Below are positions 19,887-22,962 of a stretch of DNA of 22,962 nt, piece after piece. Source of the DNA: Octopus sinensis (Eukaryota); contig NW_021836628.1 in assembly GCF_006345805.1 (NCBI RefSeq), forward strand, positions 1 to 22,962. The letters are read 5' to 3'. Position 1 is the stretch's first letter. Every line of letters begins with the position of its first letter. A program made the translations under genes and the position numbers. A model generated the notes under the pieces. It saw only the letters and a list, made by a program, of their open reading frames with translations, ran no database searches and was not told where the DNA came from.

Positions 19887-20581
19887 TTATGTATATATGG
19901 TGTGTGTCTGTGTGTGTAATGAAAATAATTTAATCGACACTATATTCTGTGATGCATAACTGATGTAGAAACAGATGATGTGTTTGAGACTCACATCCAA
20001 AGCTTCAAATTGCAGACACACACACACAAACACACACACACACACACACACACCACACACACACAGCTAGATAGACAAATATATATAAAAAAAACAAGCA
20101 AAAATCAGAGACAGTCATCACACGAGAAGCGTCAATATGTTGAAGCGTGCAGCGTTAAGGAAAGCCAGGCAACAGCATCACTAATACGACCACACTCGTT
20201 GCTAACAAGCTGGAAACCCGGCAACTCGAGATGCATGTCAACCTCTCACGAAATAAAGGGCTGGACCCTTTTTTTCGCTGGAAGGAACCCTGATGGAAAC
20301 TAGAAGCCAAAACTATCAGAACTATCCTACCTGTCCTTTTTCCGTTTTTGAAACATGGTGATGGAGAAATTGTGAAATCCTTCTGTTGTTGTTGTTCTTG
20401 TTGATGCTGTTTCGCTCTGAAAAATCCCAGTATGTTTAATTCTGTGTATTTTTTTCTTAATTTGCTTTTAACGAACTTTATTCGTTGTTGCCATCCATGG
20501 AGTTTGCTCATAGGAGTCTGTCAGTCGGTCTCTTTAATGTGTGCCTACTTCTATGGTACATTGCTATAGCTTCATCGCAAC

Positions 20582-20793
20582 ATCTCTCTCTCTCTCTCTC
20601 TCTCTCTGTCATCCATCTATGATGTTTCTACTCTCTCTCTCTTTCTCTCTCTCTCTGTCATCCATCTATGATGTTTCTACTCTCCCTCCCTCTTTCTCTC
20701 TCTCTCTGTCATCCATCTATAATGTTTCTACTCTCTCTCTTTCTCTCTCTCTCTGTCATCCATCTATGATGTTTCTACTCTCTCTCTCTCTTT
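20582..20793. repeat. Minisatellite: 4 x (gtcatccatctatgatgtttctac + (CT)n), period 47-51 bp
   Basis: Cores start at 20608, 20657, 20708 and 20755. Confidence 0.95.
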
Positions 20794-20879
20794 CTTATCT
20801 TCTGACTCCATCCATTCCACTTTCTCTTCACAACAATATGAGAAAAAAAAAGTAACAAAACGGTGAATGACACTGTCCA

Positions 20880-21150
20880 AGAGGAGGAGGTGGAGGAGGA
20901 GGAGAGAGGGAGCGAGAGAGAGAAAGGGAGAGAGAGAGAGAAAGGGAAAGGGAGAGAGAGAAAGACCAAGATGAGAGACGAAGGAAGAGAGAAAGAGAGA
21001 GGAAAGAACAAAAAACAAAAAAATGGAGAGAAAGAGTGATATAGAAGGACGTAGAGATAGAAAGAGTGGGAATGAGATCAAATGACAAAGAGGGAGAGTA
21101 GAGGGGGGAGGAGGGGGGACATTAAAAAAGAATGAAGACATAAAAGGACT
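20880..21150. repeat. Polypurine (GA/GGA) low-complexity tract
   Basis: Almost exclusively G and A on the + strand. Confidence 0.9.
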
Positions 21151-21219
21151 TAATATCTGTAACTGTTGAATAGATTGGTAGACAAACAGACAGTCAGCCA
21201 CACCATGTAGGCAAGATAC

Positions 21220-21572
21220 GTATATACATACATACATATATATATACACATACTACATACATACATACATACATATATATATATACACATACATACATAC
21301 TATATATACACATACATACATACATACATACAATACATATATATACACATACTACAACATAGATACATATTTGTGTACATACGACTACATACATCCATAC
21401 ATACATATACATTTTTCTGATTGCGTGTGTGTGTGTGTGTGTGTGTGTGGTTTGTGTGGTTGTGTGTGGTGTGTGTGTGTGTGTGGTGTGGGTGTGTGTG
21501 TGAAAAAGAGAATGAGAGACATGAATGAATGGTTAGGGTGGTTGTAGTAGTAGTAGTAGTAGTAGCAGTAGT
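21220..21572. repeat. (TACA)n/(TA)n, (GT)n and (TAG)n microsatellites
   Basis: Simple repeat runs. Confidence 0.95.
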
Positions 21573-21849
21573 AATTGCGATTAGTCACATCTTAGTAAAT
21601 TTGTTGTTGTCATGAATGATAAAATAGCGGATGGCATAGTGACCATTGTTGTTGTGCAGCACCATTCCAACCCCGACCAAACTGTCAGAGAGTGTAACCC
21701 AGAAATACATATGAATTTGTATTGAATAAAAAAGAAAAAAAAGGTGTCATTCAGTAGGGGTAGGGTGTTGGTAACTGTTTCCATGGGGAGGGGTACTGCT
21801 TCATCTGAAGACACTCTGAGGCCAAGGAAACAAATACCCCAGCATCACA

Positions 21850-22456
21850 TGGAGCATGCTCGCCAGGGCTCTTCTTTACTCATGTGGGGCACATCACTGC
21901 AAACCATGCCTCTGCAAGAAACTCTATATATGGCAACTCACTTTAGTATCCATCAACAGGAAACTGATCAAAAGATGTTTTCAGTCAACAAACTTCAAGG
22001 TATTGGACATTGATAACCCAGAAAGCCTACCCTAACCTTAGTTGGCCCACACTTACTGATAACTCAGAAAGACCACTCTAAATCTAGCCAGCCCGTGCAC
22101 AGTGGCAGGATATACAATCCGTCTGACCATAGTAAGATTATTTTCTTTCTGCATATTATCACCATGGCCCAAAATCCCCTGGTCAAAATTACATCATTTA
22201 ACCATGTTTGACATGCAAGTAGATATGTAACCTGACATCACCAAATCAGTTTCCTCACCACTGGAATGTCACTAACTGACATCACTGAACTCCAAAATCC
22301 TACAGATCACTGCTCACCTGACACAAATGGACTGTCAACTCTACCACATGGAATACATATAAGCTTTGTTCAGCCCACATGTGAGACTAGTGCTGCAGCA
22401 CAATGATCCTTGATCACATTCGGAAAAAGAACTGCCCAACTGACTGCCCAACTGAC
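21850..22456 (+). pseudogene. Ancient, heavily deleted LINE relic (APE endonuclease and RT C-terminal traces)
   Basis: Motif-like peptides occur in the expected order: HFSIHQQE (compare DFNxHHxEW), SDHSKI (compare SDH), HMEY, and ILDHIRKRTAQL (compare LLDRIQKRAIRL). Confidence 0.45.
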
Positions 22457-22554
22457 ATATACATACTCACACATGCACACAATCTCATACACACACATAT
22501 ACATTCTCACACTCATACAAACACACATACAATCACTCTCTCTCACACACACAC

Positions 22555-22717
22555 ATGATGGGCTTCTTTCAGGTTCCGTCTACCAAATCTACTCACGAGA
22601 GTTTGGTTGACCTGAGTCTAGAGTAGAAGATACTTTGCCAAGGTGACATGCAGTGGGATTGAACCCAGAAGCATGTGGTTGGAAAGCAAGCTTCTGACCA
22701 CACAATCACATCTGTAC
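22555..22717 (-). mobile_element. SINE family A, 5' half, running into a (CA)n tract
   Basis: Colinear with 12948-13106. Adjacent 22456-22555 is a (CA)n-rich tract at the position of the SINE's internal microsatellite. Confidence 0.88.
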
Positions 22718-22962
22718 ATTTATTATGCTTTAATTCTTTTTTTTTTTTTCAGTTATTAAAAAAAAAAAAAAAGGGAAAAGAATTCCTTCCTCATTTTCAG
22801 GTGAAGAGACAGTCCCGAAATGTCAAGAGTCCAATCTGCCCCCATGGCAGCAGAGAAACTTCACCAAAGTTTCTGACTTGCATTAAACATTAAAAGATTT
22901 TATTTTCTGGTTAAACCAAAAATAAAGAACACAAACTCTACCGAAGAAGCTTTACCATTTTA

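Noticed and set aside
20608-20778. CRISPR-like array of 24-bp repeats with ~25-bp spacers
   Set aside because: The spacers are all (CT)n, there are no cas genes, and the context is eukaryotic. It is a minisatellite.
22431-22456. 12-bp tandem duplication (also a 7-bp x4 repeat at 5111-5138)
   Set aside because: These are ordinary slippage products with no further structure.

Overview
AT-rich, gene-poor animal genomic DNA. It is very likely an octopus (coleoid cephalopod) intron or intergenic region; this is inferred from the SINE families and the microsatellite density and was not database-checked. I can support no host coding exon, RNA gene or CRISPR array, and nearly all listed ORFs are translations of microsatellites or repeat antisense strands. 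The window is a mosaic of compound (TG/CA/TA/GA/GAT)n tracts, about six short retroposon families (labelled A-F here), a CR1-type LINE 3' end with a 16-bp TSD, older LINE relics, Helitron/Helentron-like pieces, Tc1/mariner, hAT and foldback MITEs, and a decayed hammerhead-like motif. One element is a three-level nest (mariner > hAT MITE > SINE). The most unusual signal is a cluster of local INVERTED templated copies between about 10 and 16.7 kb, mostly flanked by direct duplications and joined by microhomology. They are an 18-bp copy, a 144-bp copy with a 78-bp flanking duplication, a ~222-bp circularly permuted SINE unit with an 11-bp flanking duplication, and a perfect 18-bp hairpin. This suggests recurrent template switching that creates foldback (potential dsRNA) structure.
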